Below the pieces are notes generated by a model. That model saw only the letters and a list, made by a program, of their open reading frames with translations. It did no database searches and had not been told where the DNA came from. From assembly GCA_030390025.1 (NCBI GenBank), contig CM059431.1, forward strand, positions 136,030,001 to 136,094,000: DNA of 64,000 nt. The letters are read 5' to 3'. Both the position numbers and the translations under genes were made by a program. Source of the stretch: Squalus acanthias (Eukaryota). Below, piece by piece: positions 11,252 to 23,870 of this stretch. Position 1 is the stretch's first letter; each line of letters begins with the position of its first letter.

Positions 11252-12499
11252 GATGGGTGATTCCCTGGATCCTTAGTTCCGAGTTCGTCCAAAAAGTTTG
11301 AGTGCGAAGTTTTTCAAAGTTGATTAAATTGTCGTAAGAATGAGCCTTACGCGTGGTGAACTTAAAGTAAGCTTTAATCAACTAAAAAGGTGCTACATAC
11401 AAAAGAGGTCTTACTCTATGCCTCTCCAGGATCCAACTGCTCAGTCCAGTATTTATCCTGGACTAATCACAGGAAGTGATGCAATAAAGTTCGAGTCACA
11501 GGAAGCTGTATTGTGTTACCACACAGCTATCACTCAATAATGTGCCCACATTTGCATCAGGGACAGTGTCCCCTAAAACTCCATATTATCTGATGTATGG
11601 GGTTGAGATGCATACGCCGCTTACCCATAGTTCTTTTATTGCCTCTACACACTTTGAGTCCTTGACCCCCAGCGACAGTTAGAAGAAAAAAAAGAAGTAA
11701 CAGGAGATTCATTGAATTGATCAGAGGATAAGGAAGGCAAATAGGCAGAAAAGATTGACAAATAAAGCATGGCAACCCATAGTAGGAGAATGGGTACAGG
11801 AAAAGAAGTTTGAGCAGAAACCTGGTTTAAGACTGAACTGGAAAAAACCTGTTCAAATACATTCTGTTATTAATGAAAGAACAGTTCAAATACATATTAA
11901 CCAGCCGAATGGCAAGTATATTCTTAAAACTGTCTCCATAGACAATATCAAAAGATGTCCTGCGGGATACCGAAAAGGAGGAACAATACAAGGTGCAGTC
12001 GTACACTGTCTTTTAAGACCCAGCTTGGAGCACGACACAGGAAATGGATGCAATCGAATTACTGATGATGGTCAGTCAGAAGGTGTCGCCGGCTCTTCTA
12101 CACGGTGCTTGGCAACGCATCAGGAATTGGATTTGCGAAAAGCAACAACCGAAACAAGGAAAAATCAACGAGTTACTTTAATGAAGGAGGAAGACACCAC
12201 GGATGAAGAAGGAATCAACTGAGTGCCTGGCAAGGCCTTTACGAATACAAGCATCTGTACACACGCCGGATCGAAGGAACAGTGTGTCAAACTTCAAATA
12301 GTTTCACCTGACGTCTCCTTGACTTGTATGAATAACTCATCTCTACGGAAGGTACATCTGCCGATTGGACATTATAAGTATTTATTGTTTTGCTCAAAGC
12401 ATGACTATGTACTTATCATCCTTTTAAATTGTGTTCAATTTAAAATAAGGCAAAACATTGTCCTAGGATGACTTAAAACGAATTTTCATGTTGCACATT

Positions 12500-12799
12500 T
12501 AATAAATCTATATATTTTTAGAATTGTCTCACAGAGTATTTCTGTATCAATCTGCGAACTCAATTTCTGTACACTCTTTTGTGAGGAGTTGCAGAATTCT
12601 GGGGGGTTTTCTGGACCCTCATAAAATCCAGAAGGTTACAGTCTAGTTAAACTTATTAAAGGTGCTATCCGGAGGACGGTAACATCTTCAGGACGTTTCT
12701 GTCCTTTAGGGAGAGGTAGTCTGAACTTTAGACACAATTAAGCGTCTCATGGGATTCAGCTATCTCTAACTTTAGTTGAAGGGGAACGTCTGGGGAATA
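12500..12799 (+). repeat. Remnant of the foamy-like 3' LTR (R/U5 part)
   Basis: Diverged direct repeat of 1859-2160, cut off by a CR1 tail at 12800. Confidence 0.85.
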
Positions 12800-15700
12800 G
12801 AAACATAGACATAGACATAGAAGATAGGAGCAGGAGTAGGCCATTCGGCCCCTTGAGCCTGCTCCGCCATTCGATGAGATCATGGCTGATCATCCAAACT
12901 CAGTACCCTGTACCTGCCTTCTCCCCATATCCCTTGATACCTTTAGCTTTAAGAAATATATCTAACTCATTCTTGAATATATTTAATGACTTGGCCTCAA
13001 CTACCTTCTGTGGTAGAGAATTCCACAGGTTCACCACTCTCTGGGTGAAGAAATTCTTCCTCATTTCTGTCCTAAATGGCTTACCCCTTATCCTTAGATT
13101 ATGACCCCTGGTTCTGGACTCTCCGTCCATCGGGAACATTCTTCCTGCATCTAGATTGTCCAGACCTGTCAGAATTTTATATGTTTCGATGAGATCCCCT
13201 CTCATTCTTCTATACTCCAGTCAGTATAAGCCCAATCGACCCAATCTCTCCTCATATGTCATTCCTGCCATCCGAGGTATCAGCCTTGTGAATCTTCGCT
13301 GAACTCCTTCCATGGCAAGAACATCCTTCCTCAGATAAGGCGACCAAAACTGCACACAGTACTCAAGGTGTGGTCTCACCAAGGCCCTGTACAAGTGCAG
13401 CAGGACATCCGTGTTCCTATACTCAAACCCTTTCGCTATGAAGGCCAACATACCATTTGCCTTCTTCACCGCCTGCTGCACTTGCATGCTTACCTTCAGC
13501 GACTGGTGCACAAGGACACCCAGGTCTCGTTGCACTTCCCCTTCTCCCAATCTATTGCCATTCAGATAATAGTCTGCCTTTCTGTTTTTGACACCAAAGT
13601 GGATAACCTCGCATTTATCCACGTTATATTGCATCTGCCACGCTTCTGCCCACTCACCCAACCTGTCCAAATCATCCTGGAGGTATCCTCCTCGCAGCAC
13701 ACACACCCACCCAGCTTTGTGTCATCTGCAAACTTGGAGATATTACATTTAGCTCTCTTATCTAGATCATTAATGTATATTGTGAATAGCTGGGGTCCTA
13801 GCACCGATCCCTGCGGTACCCCACTAGTCACTGCTTGCCACTCGGAAAAAGACCCATTAATTCCTACTCTCTGCTTTCTGTCCGCCAACCAGTTATCTAT
13901 CCAAGTCAATACCTTGCCCCCAATCCCATGTGCCTTAACTTTACACGCTAATCTCTTATGCGGGACCTTATCAAAAGCCTTTTGAAAGTCCAAATACACC
14001 ACATCTACTGGTTCTCCCTTATCTATTTTCCCAGTTACATCCTCAAAAAATTTCAGTAGATTAGTCAAGCACGATTTACCTTTTGTAAATCCATGTTGAC
14101 TTTGTCCGATCCTGTCACTGTTTTTCAAGTGCTCAGCTATTACATCCTTTATAATGGACTCTAGCATTTTCCCCACTACCGAGGTCAGGCTTACCGGTCT
14201 ATAATTCCCTGCTTTCTCTCTACCACCCTTTTTGAATAGTGGGGTAACATTAGCTACCCTCCAATCCATGGGTCCTTTCTCATTACATAATACCCAGTCT
14301 AAGATGGCCTGATCTCTGGTTGATTCCTCGACATATTGTTCCAGAAAACCATCCCGTAAACATTCTAGGAATTCCTCCTCCACAGTATTTTTACTAATTT
14401 GGTCAGCCCAATCTATATGTAAATTAAAGTCACCCATGATGACTGCTGTGCCCTTACTGCATGCTTCTCTAATTTCCCTTTTAATGCCATCCCCAACCTG
14501 CGTATTACTGTTTGGAGGTCTATATACCACTCCCACTAACGTTTTCTGCCCCTCGTTGTTTCTCAGTTCTACCCATACAGATTCTGCATCATCAGAGTTA
14601 CTATCCTTCCTTTCAATTGTGTTAATCCCCTCTTTAACCAGCAATGCTACCCCACCTCCCTTTCTTTTTTGCCTATCTTTCCTAAATATTGAATACCCCT
14701 GGATGTTGAGTTCCCAGCCTTGGCCACCCTGGAGCCATGTTTCTGTAATCCCAATCAAATCGTATTCATTTACCTCTATTTGCGCAGCTAATTCATCCAC
14801 CTTGTTCCGAATGCTCCTTGCATTAAGACACAAAGCCTTCAGGCTTGTTTTTTTAACGCTCTCAGACCTATATGAATTATTATTTACTGTGGCCATGTTT
14901 GATTTAAACCGTTGAGTTCTTTGCCTTCTACTTTTGTTTTTCTCCTTCCTGTCTTTAGCTTTTATCCTTGTTTCCCTTTCCTCTGTCTCCCTGCTCAGGT
15001 TCTCAACCCCCTGCCACTTTAGTTTAAACCCTCCCCAACAGCACTAGCAAACACTCCCCCTCGACATCGGTCCCGGCCCTGCCCAGGTGCAGACGATCCC
15101 ATTTGTACTGGTCCCACCTCCCCCAGAACCGGTTCCAATGTCCAAGGAATTTGAATCCCTCGCCCTTGCACCATTCCTCTAGCCACGTATTCATTTGAAA
15201 TATCCTCCTATTTCTACTCTGACTAGCACGTGGCACTGGTAGCAATCCTGAGATTACTACCTTTGAGGTCCTATTTTTTAATTTACCTCCTAACTCCCTA
15301 TATTCTGCTTTTAGGACCTCATCCCGTTTTTTACCTATATCGTTGGTGCCTATGTGCACCATGACAACTGGCTGTTCGGCCTCCCCCTCCAAAATGTTCT
15401 GTAGCCGCTCCGAGACGTCCTTGACCCTTGCACCAGGGAGGCAACACACCATCAAGGAGTCTCGTTTGCGGCCACAGAGATGCCTATCTATTCCCCTTAC
15501 AATTGAGTCCCCTATCACTATAGCTCTTCCACACTTTTTCCTCCCAGCCTGTGCAGCAGAGCCACCCATGGTGCCAGGAAGTTGGCTGCTGCTGCCTTCC
15601 CCTGATAAGTCATCCCCCCCAACAGTATCCAAAGTGGTATATCTGTTTGAGAGGGGGATGGCCACAGGGGACCCTTGCACTACCTGCCTGCACCTCTTAC

Positions 15701-15965
15701 TCTGCCTGGTGGTCCCCATTCACTTCCTGCCTGTACACCCTTTACCTGCGGTGTGACCAACTCGCTAAACGTGCTATCCACGACGTTCTCAGCGTCGTGA
15801 ATGCTTCAATATGCATCCATCTGCAGCTCCAGAGCCGCAATGCGGTATATCAGTAGCTGCAGCTGGATACACTTCCCACACACATGGTCGTCAGGGACAC
15901 AGGAAGTGTCCCTGATTTCCCACATATAGCAGGAGGAGCATATCACGGGGCGGAGCTCTCCTGCC
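12800..15965 (-). mobile_element. CR1 LINE with ORF1 and an internally deleted ORF2
   Basis: ORF1 fragments (CSSC..CGKC finger, GDSIVRG esterase). ORF2 endonuclease (LNARSI..GITETW..GDFN) is joined directly to RT near 14272; 3'UTR and tail at 12800. Confidence 0.92.
15024..15719 (-). pseudogene. CR1 ORF1p, SGNH/GDSL esterase-like domain
   Basis: VIGDSIVRG, CCLPGA, HIGTND and D-x-x-H-like (DRLHL) motifs. Confidence 0.85.
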
Positions 15966-17363
15966 TTTTGTTCCTCTACACTACTCAGTTTCCTACCATT
16001 TAATGTGTATTCCCTTTCCTTGTTAGCCCTCCCCAAATGCATTACCTCACACTTCTCCGGATTGAATTCCATTTGCCACTGTTCTGCCCACCTGACCAAT
16101 TTATTGATATCTTCCTGCAGTCTACAGCTTCCTTCTTCAGTTTTAACCACACAGCCGATTTTAGTATCATCTGCAAACTTCTTAATCATACCCCCTATGT
16201 TCCAGTCTAGATCATTGATATATACCACAAAAAGCAAGGGACCTAGTACTGAGCCCTGTGGAACCCCACTGGAAACAGCCTTCCAGTCACAAAAACACCC
16301 ATCAACCATTACCCTCTGCTTCCTGTCTCCGAGCCAGTTTTGAATCCAACTTGATCCTGCATCCCATGGGCTTTTAACTTTGTGACCAGTCTGCCATGTG
16401 AAACCTTATCAAAAGCCTTGCTAAAGTCCATATACACTACATCAAATGCACTACCCTCATCTACCCTCCTTGTTACCTCCTCAAAAAATTCAGTCAAGTT
16501 TGTCAGACACGACCTTCCCTTAACAAATCCGTGCTGACTATCTTTGATTAATCCGTGTCTTTCTAAATTAAACTTTATCCTGTCCTTCAGAAATCTTTCC
16601 AATAATTTTCCCACCACCGAGGTTAGGCTGACTGGCCTGTAATTACTCGGTCTATCCTTTTCTCCCTTTTTAAACAAGGGTACCACATTAGCAGTCCTCC
16701 AGTCCTCCGGCACCACACCTGAAGCCAGAGAGGATTGAAAAATGATGGTCAGGGCCTCTGCTATTTCCTCTTTTGCTTCGCTTAACAGCCTGGGGTACAT
16801 TTCATCCAGGCCTGGGGATTTATCCACTTTTAAAGCTGCTAAACCCCTTTATACTTCCTCTCTCACTTTGTTTATTTCATCTAATATTTCACACTCCTCC
16901 TCCCTGATAGCAATGTCTGCTTCGCCCCTCTCCTTTGTGAAAACAGACGCAAAGTATTCATTAAGAACCCGACCGACGTCTCCCACCTCCACACACAGAT
17001 TACCCTCATGATCTCTAATAGGCCCTACCCTTTCTTTAGTTATCTACTTACTCTTAATATATTTATAAAACATCTTTGGGTTTTCCTTGATTTTACTTGC
17101 CAAGAATTTTTCATGCTCTCTCTTTGCTTTCCTAATATCCTTTTTAATTGCACCCCTGTACTTTCTGTACTCCTCTAAAGATTCTGGAGTATTTAGCCCT
17201 CAGTATCTGTCATAAGCCTCCCTTTTTTTCTTTATCCTACCCTGTATGTCTCTAGACATCCAGGGGGTTCTAAATTTGTTAGTCCCACCTTTTTACTTTA
17301 AGGGCACATGTTTGGTCTGAACCCTCCGGATCTCCTCCTTGAATGCCTCCCATTGCTCTGACA
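15966..17363 (-). mobile_element. CR1 ORF2 (RT) internal fragment
   Basis: KSPGLDEMYPR..NYRPVSLTS..DFSKAFDKV..GVPQGSVLGP..FADD in ORFs 16309-16827 and 15806-16309. Confidence 0.9.
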
Positions 17364-17669
17364 CGATGCTGTTGAGACCAGGGCACGGACCTGGTCTTTC
17401 AGCTTCTGCCAATGATGAGCTGCTGCCAGTGCAGCACACGGTTAATATATGCCATTCACTCTGCCCACCGTCTTTTGCCATTCTTGCTGGCTCCTCCCTT
17501 CCAATTGCCATGCACTCTGTCCCTTCCATAGAACTGCAAACTGTTATCAGCACAGAAGTAGGCCATTCAGCCCATCATACCTGTGTCAGCTCTTTGCTAG
17601 AGCAAGCCAAAACTAACCCCACTCCATAGTCTTGTATCTTCCTCTGAATCAAGTAACATTCGTGCCACA

Positions 17670-18280
17670 CATAAGAACATAAGAAATAGGAGCAGGAGTA
17701 GGCCAATCGGCCCCTCGAGCCTGCTCCGCCATTCAATAAGATCATGGCTGATCTGATCCTAACCTCAAATCTAAAGAACACAAGAAGTAGGAGCAGGACC
17801 CGGCCACTCAGTGGCAGGTACTGACCATCTTCAACAAGAGAAAGTCTAACCACCTCCCTGTGACATTCAATGGCATTACCATCATTGAATCCCCAACCAT
17901 CAACATCCTGGGGGGTCACCATTGACCAGAAACTTAACTGGACCAACCACATAAATACTGTGGCAACAAGAGCAGGTCAGAGGCTAGGTATTCTGCGGCG
18001 AGTGTCTCACCTCCTGACTCCCCAAAGCCTTTCCACCATCTACAAGGCACAAGTCAACAACAACAACAACTTGTATTTATATAGTCAGGAGTGTGATGGA
18101 ATCCTCTCCACTTGCCTGGATGAGTGCAGCTCCAACAACACTCAAGAAGCTTGACATTATCAAGGACAAAGCAGACCGCTTGCTTGGCACCCCATCCACC
18201 ACCTTAAACATTCACTCCCTTCACCACCGGCGTACCGTGGCTGCAGTGTGTACCATCTACAAGATGCACTGCAGCAACTC
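17670..18280. mobile_element. Mosaic of CR1-family fragments (minus-strand 3' tail, plus-strand ORF2 C-terminal piece of a second family)
   Basis: acataagaacataagaaataggagc tail; GVTIDQKLNWTNHINTVATRAGQRLGIL, the same family as 44630-45555. Confidence 0.75.
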
Positions 18281-18680
18281 GATCAAGGCCGGCATTTATT
18301 ACCCATCCCCAGTTGCTCTGAGAAGGTGGCGGTGAGCCACCTTCTTGAACCACTGTAGTGGTTTGATACAACTGAGTGACTTATTAGGCCGTTTGAGAGT
18401 GCAGTTAAGTGTCAACCACATTGGTGTGGGACTGGAGTCACATACAGGCCAGACATAGGCACTGTATATTCACAATGCTTGTGTGTCCCCAGTACCCCGT
18501 GTATTCATCCATTATCTAATGCTCGCTGGTCCCATAACTCGTGGGTTATCTAATCGTTGGCTGCTTCTTTCTGTGTGACCCATTTTTTGATACATTTTAC
18601 GTCTGACGTGATAAGTGTGGAGTTAATGCTTGTTTTTATTGCCGACCATTCAATGACTTGCTTTTTCTTTTCTTGTACAG

Positions 18681-18770
18681 TATACTTTCTGGAACTTCAT
18701 TCCCAAGAACTTGTTCGAACAGTTCAGAAGAATTGCTAACTTCTATTTCCTCATCATATTCCTTGTGCAG
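18681..18770 (+). pseudogene. atp11a: atp11a exon: [30 protein letters not shown] (TM1)
   Basis: tacag| ... |gtacgg; conserved P4-ATPase FEQFRR.AN.YFL motif. Confidence 0.95.
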
Positions 18771-18961
18771 GTACGGAGAGATTCTATCATTTATTCAGAA
18801 TGTGGCTTCTGAATGCGATAGATTTTACATTTTTGTTGCAGTGAAAGATCATTTTATCAAGTTCTGTAGATTTTGACATTAATCATTCAGAATATATTGC
18901 ACAGAACATTCAACCAATTATCAGGCAGTTTTAGTTACTATTTACACTTAGAGACTGGACA

Positions 18962-19340
18962 CATAAAGCTAGGCTGACACTCCAGTGCAATGGTGAGGGA
19001 GTGCTGCACTGTTGGAGGTGCCGTCTTTCAGATGAGACGTTAAACCAAGGCCCCGTCTGCTCTCTCAGGTGGACGTAAAAGATCCCATGGCACTATTTCG
19101 AAGAGGAGCAGGGGAGTTATCCCCGGTGTCCTGGCCAATACTTGTCCCTCAACCAACATAACATAAACAGATTATCAGGTCATTATCACATTGCTGTTTG
19201 TGGGACCTTGCTGTGCGCAAATTAGCTGCCGCGTTTCCCACATTACAACAGTGACTCCACTTCAAAAGTACTTAATTGGCCGTAAAGCGCTTTGAGACAA
19301 GCAGTGGTCGTGAAAGGCTCTATATAAATGCAAGTCTTTT
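18962..19340 (+). mobile_element. Deu-domain SINE (SacSINE1/AmnSINE-like), 5'-truncated
   Basis: ggctgacactccagtgca...gccgtctttcagatgagacgttaaacc core and an L2-like tail ...aaagcgctttgagac...tatataaatgcaagtc. Confidence 0.7.
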
Positions 19341-19415
19341 TTCTTTTTTTAGCAATAAGTGATGAAATAGCTTTTGAGCTTTTACAGTGGATTAACACTC
19401 TCTTTTTATTTTCAG

Positions 19416-19496
19416 TTGATCATTGATACTCCAACCAGTCCAGTAACCAGTGGACTTCCACTTTTCTTTGTAATCACTGTGACAGTAATCAAACAG
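19416..19496 (+). pseudogene. atp11a: atp11a exon: [27 protein letters not shown] (TM2)
   Basis: ttcag| ... |gtgagg; ATP11-typical [19 protein letters not shown]. Confidence 0.95.
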
Positions 19497-19999
19497 GTGA
19501 GGCACTGGACAAAATGTGTGTCTTGCTTCCAATTCTCTCCTCTCCTCTTCTCTTCTCCCTCTCACCTCCCCTCCCCTCCTTTGTTTCCCCCTATTCCATG
19601 GAGGCAGATCATGTGGAAAAGTTTAAGGGAGAAGAGGTAAATATCTGAAATTAAAAAGAAGGAAGCATTTTTCACACAAAGGCTAGTGGAAATCTGGAAC
19701 TCTGCCCCACAAAGCTGTGGATGCTGAGGGTCAATTGGAGCTTTTAATAGTGAGATTGATAGAATTTTGTTGGGTAAGGGTATCGAGGGTTACGGAACTA
19801 ATGGAGTTAAGATATACATCAGCCATGATTTAATTGAATGGCGCGACAGGCTCGAGAGGCTGAATAAGAACATAAGAAATAGGATCAGGAATAGGCCACT
19901 TGGCCCCTCGAGCCTGCTCTGCCATTCAATAAGATCATGGCTGATCTTGGGCTCAAAGCCACTTCCCAGCCCGCTCCCCATAACCCTTCACTCCCTTAT

Positions 20000-22620
20000 C
20001 ATAGAATCATAGAAGATAGGAGCAGGAGTAGGCCATTCGGCCCCTCTAGCCTGCTCCGCCATTCAATGCGATCATGGCTGATCATCCAAATTCAGTACCC
20101 TGTCCCTGCTTTCTCCCCATATCCCTTGATACCTTTAGCCTTAAGAAATATATCCAACTCCTTCTTGAATATATTTAATGAATTGGCCTCTACTGCCTTC
20201 TGTGGCAGAGAATTCCACAGGTTCACCACTCTCTGGGCGAAGAAATTCCTCCTCATTTCTGTCCTAAATGGCTTACCCCTTATCCTTAGGCTGTGAGCCC
20301 TGGTTCTGGACTCCCCGACCATCGGGAACATCCTTCCTGCATCTAGTTTGTCCTGTCCTGTCAGAATTTTATAAGTTTCAATGAGATCCCCTCTCATTCT
20401 TCTAAACTCCAGCGAGTATAAGCCCAATCGACCCAATCGCTCTTCATACGTCATTCCTGCCATCCCAGGTATCAGCCTTGTGAATCTTCGCTGAACTCCT
20501 TCCATGGCAAGAACATCCTTCCTCAGATAAGGCAACCAAAACTGCACACAGTACTCAAGGTGTGGTCTCACCAAGGCCCTGTACAACTGCAGCAAGACAT
20601 CCTTGTTCCAGTACTCAAACCCTCTCGCTATGAAGGCTAACATACCATTTGCCTTCTTAACCGCCTGCTGCACCTGCATGCTTACCTTCAGCAACTGGTG
20701 CACAAGGACACCCAGGTCTCGTTGCACTTCCCCTTCTCCCAATCTATTGCCATTCAGATAATAATCTGCCTTCCTGTTTTTGACACCAAAGTGGATAACC
20801 TCGCATTTATCCACGTTATATTGCATCTGCCATGCTTCTGCCCAATCACCCAACCTGTCCACATCATCCTGGAGTTTCTCGGCATCCTCCTCACAGCACA
20901 CACGCCCACCCAGCTTTGTGTCGTCTGCAAACTTGGAGATATTACATCTAGTTCCCTTGTCTAGATCATTAATATATATTGTGAATAGCTGGGGTCCAAG
21001 GACCGATCCCTGCGGTACCCCACTAGTCACTGCCTGCCACTCGGAAAAAGACCCGTTTATTCCAACTCTTTGCTTTCTGTCTGCCAACCAGTTCTCTATC
21101 CAAGTCAATACCTTGCCCCCAATCCCATGTGCCTTAACTTTACACGCTAATCTCTTATGCGGGACCTTATCAAAAGCCTTTTGGAAGTCCAAATACACCA
21201 CATCCACTGGTTCTCCCTTATCTATTTTACCAGTTACATCCTCAAAAAATTCCAGTAGATTAGTCAAGCATGATTTACCTTTTGTAAATCCATGTTGACT
21301 TTGTCCGATCCTGTCACTGTTTTCCAAGTGCTCAGCTATTACATATTTTATAATGGACTCTAGCATTTTCCCCACTACCGATATCAGGCTTACCGGTCTA
21401 TAATTCCCCGTTTTCTCTCTACCACCCTTTTTGAATAGTGGGGTAACATTAGCTACCCTCCAATCCATGGGTACTGTTCCAGATTCCATCGAATGTTGGA
21501 AGATGATCCGCAATGCATCTACTATTTCTAGGGCCACTTCCTTAAGTACCCTAGGATGTAGATTATCAGGCCCTGGGGATTTATCGGCCTTCAATCCCTT
21601 CAATTTTCCTAACACCATTTCCCTACAAATACTGATTTCTTTCAGTTCCTCCCTTTCATCAGACCCTATGTTCCCCAACATCTCTGGGAGGTTATTTGTG
21701 TCCTCCTTTGTGAAGACAGAACCAAAATATGTATTTAATTGGTCTGACATTTCTTTGTTCCCCATTATAAGTTCCCCTGATTCTGACTGCAAGGGACCTA
21801 TGCTTGATTTCACTAATCTTTTTCTCTTCACATATCTATAAAAGCTTTTACAGTCAGTTTTTATGTTCCCTGCAAGCTTACTCTCGTATTCTATTTTCCC
21901 CTTCTTAATTAATCCCTTTGTCCTCCTTTGTTGAATCTTAAACTGCTCCCAATCCTCAGGGTTACTGCTTTTTCTGGCCAATTTATATGCCCTCTCCTTG
22001 GATCTTATGCTATCCCTAATTTCCCTTGTTAGCCATGGTTGAGTCACCCTTTTTGTTTTATTCTTATGCCAAACTGGGATGAACAAATTCTGTAGTTCGT
22101 CCATGCGGTCTTTGAATGTTTGCCATTGTCTATCCACCGTCAACCCTTTGAGTGACATTCTTCAATCAATCCTACCCAACTCACACCTCATACCATCGTA
22201 GTTTCCTTTATTTAAATTCAGGACCCTAGTCTCTGAGTCAACTACTTCACTCTCCATCCTAATGAAGAATTCTATCATATTATGATTGTTCCGACCCAAG
22301 GGGCCTCACACAACAAGATTGCTAATTAATCCTTTCTCATTGCATAATACCCAGTCTAAGATGGCCTGATCTCTGGTTGGTTCCTCGACATATTGGTCCA
22401 GGAAACCATCCCGTAAACACTCCAGGAATTCCTCCTCCATAGTATTGTTACTAATTTGGTTAGCCCAATCTATATGTAGATTAAAGTCACCCATGATGAC
22501 TGCTGTGCCCTTATTGCACGCATCTCTAATTTCCCTTTTAATGCCATCCCCAACCTCCGCATTACTGTTTGGAGGTCTATATATCACTCCCACTAACGTT
22601 TTCTGCCCCTTGTTATTTCT
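20000..22620 (-). mobile_element. CR1 LINE, 5'-truncated, with a 688-aa open ORF2 segment (20092-22158)
   Basis: Partial endonuclease (YRPP..GDFN) plus a complete RT domain; catagaat tail. Confidence 0.95.
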
Positions 22621-22776
22621 CTGTTTGTGTTGTGTTCAGCTAATTACACAAGTGCTGTGCTAGTGACTGAATATTCCACTGTGCAGCAACATAGTTAAGG
22701 ACATTGCTGGATGGAACTCGTGTCTCAGGATTTGAACGTGAGAGAGATGTTTACCGATTTACATTCTTTCCTTCAG

Positions 22777-22875
22777 ACATTCCATTCAAGATACGAAAGC
22801 TTTGCGAACTGAGGCGGAAGTGGACACCTTGAATGCTACAATTGAATGTGAACAGCCACAGCCTGATCTTTACAA
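22777..22875 (+). pseudogene. atp11a: atp11a exon ...[30 protein letters not shown](K), frameshifted
   Basis: cttcag| ... |gtgagt. Only 7 nt precede ATT CAA GAT where 12 nt (T-H-Y-x) are expected, so the exon read in phase 0 hits TGA. Confidence 0.85.
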
Positions 22876-23029
22876 GTGAGTCTTGGCATGAATATCAAAT
22901 CTCAGAGCAGATCTGCAGGCAAGAGTGGGAGATGTCAGTTCCTGCTGGGGCCTAACTTTAGTATCCTGCTGTTGGATCACTGATGGTGTTTGTGATATTA
23001 ATCTGACAACCTGGAGTTTATATTCTCGT

Positions 23030-23325
23030 CTAATACTGCCCTCTTGAACATCCCTGATTATAATTACTCAACCATTGGTGGCTGTGCCTTCTGTTGCCTA
23101 GGCCCTAATCTCTGGAATTCCCTCCCTAAACCTCGCTACCTCTCTCTCCTCCTTTAAGACGCTCGTTAAAACTGACCTCTTTGACCAAGCTTTTGGTCAC
23201 CTGTCCAAATGTCTCCTTATGTGGCTCGGTGTCAAATTTTTGTTTTATAATACTCCTGTGAAGCGCCTTGGGACATTTTACTAAGTTAAAGGCGCTATAT
23301 AAATACAAGTTGTTGTTGTTGTTGT
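23030..23325 (+). mobile_element. L2-like LINE 3' end
   Basis: ctctggaattccctccct...gtgaagcgccttgggac...ggcgctatataaatacaag followed by (ttg)n. Confidence 0.7.
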
Positions 23326-23471
23326 CTAGTTCGGCAATAAACTGTGACCCCATTTATTGATCAACTCTCTCTCAGTTCACACGCTGCAGCGTTTACTCAC
23401 TAGAGAGCGTTCTACTCTCTGAAACTCAGTTTTACCAGCATTGTTACAGACCTTTTACTATATTCAGACAA

Positions 23472-23870
23472 ATCTAATCCCACACTCATCCCTTACTCCC
23501 CATACCCTTCAATATCCCCCCCAGTCTAATCCCACTCTCCTGCTCACTTCCCGTACCCTTTAATATCCCACCCAGTCTAATCTCACTCTCCTGCTCACTA
23601 CCCATACCCTTTAATATCCCACCCAGTCTAATCTCACTCTCCTTCTCACTACCCATACCCTTTAATATCCCACCCAGTCTAATCTCACTCTCCCGCTCAC
23701 TCCCCGTACCCTTTAACATCCCACCCAGTCTAATCTCACTCTCCTGCTCACTACCCATACCCTTTAATATCCCACCCAGTCCAATCCCACTCTCCCCCTC
23801 ACTCCCCGTACCTTTTAATATCCCACCCAGTCTAATCCCACTCTCCTGCTCACTCCCTGTACCCTTTAAT
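23472..23870. repeat. 51-bp minisatellite, about 7-8 copies
   Basis: Unit ccctttaatatcccacccagtctaatctcactctcctgctcactacccata. Confidence 0.9.

Larger units (their letters stand above)
7082..11523 (-). mobile_element. Full-length Ty3/Gypsy LTR retrotransposon (4442 bp), young
   Basis: 194-bp LTRs (7082-7275, 11330-11523; TG...CA) with one visible mismatch; CAGCT target duplication (7077-7081, 11524-11528); PPT complement ttctcccccccc at 7276. Confidence 0.95.
5350..12222 (+). pseudogene. pol: Foamy-like pol remnant (PR, RNase H, IN; RT absent), split by a Gypsy insertion
   Basis: LFDTGADY protease; IYCDG/AQYAE/HVNGH...GNSLAD RNase H; H-H-C-C zinc region; FIDF...HPQSAGLVE integrase core. IPEVQL at 7081 resumes as SLNNVP...TPYYLMYG after 11528. 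Stops and frameshifts present. Confidence 0.85.
755..12799 (+). mobile_element. Degraded endogenous foamy-virus-like (spumaretroviral) provirus with nested insertions
   Basis: tRNA-Lys-type PBS; Gag capsid segment resembling foamy Gag with no CCHC knuckle; PR (FDTGA), RNase H and integrase with a foamy-type C-terminus (WQPIVGEWVQEK...WKKP...NERTV...KTVSIDNIK); sequence 1859-2160 repeated at 12500-12799. Confidence 0.85.
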
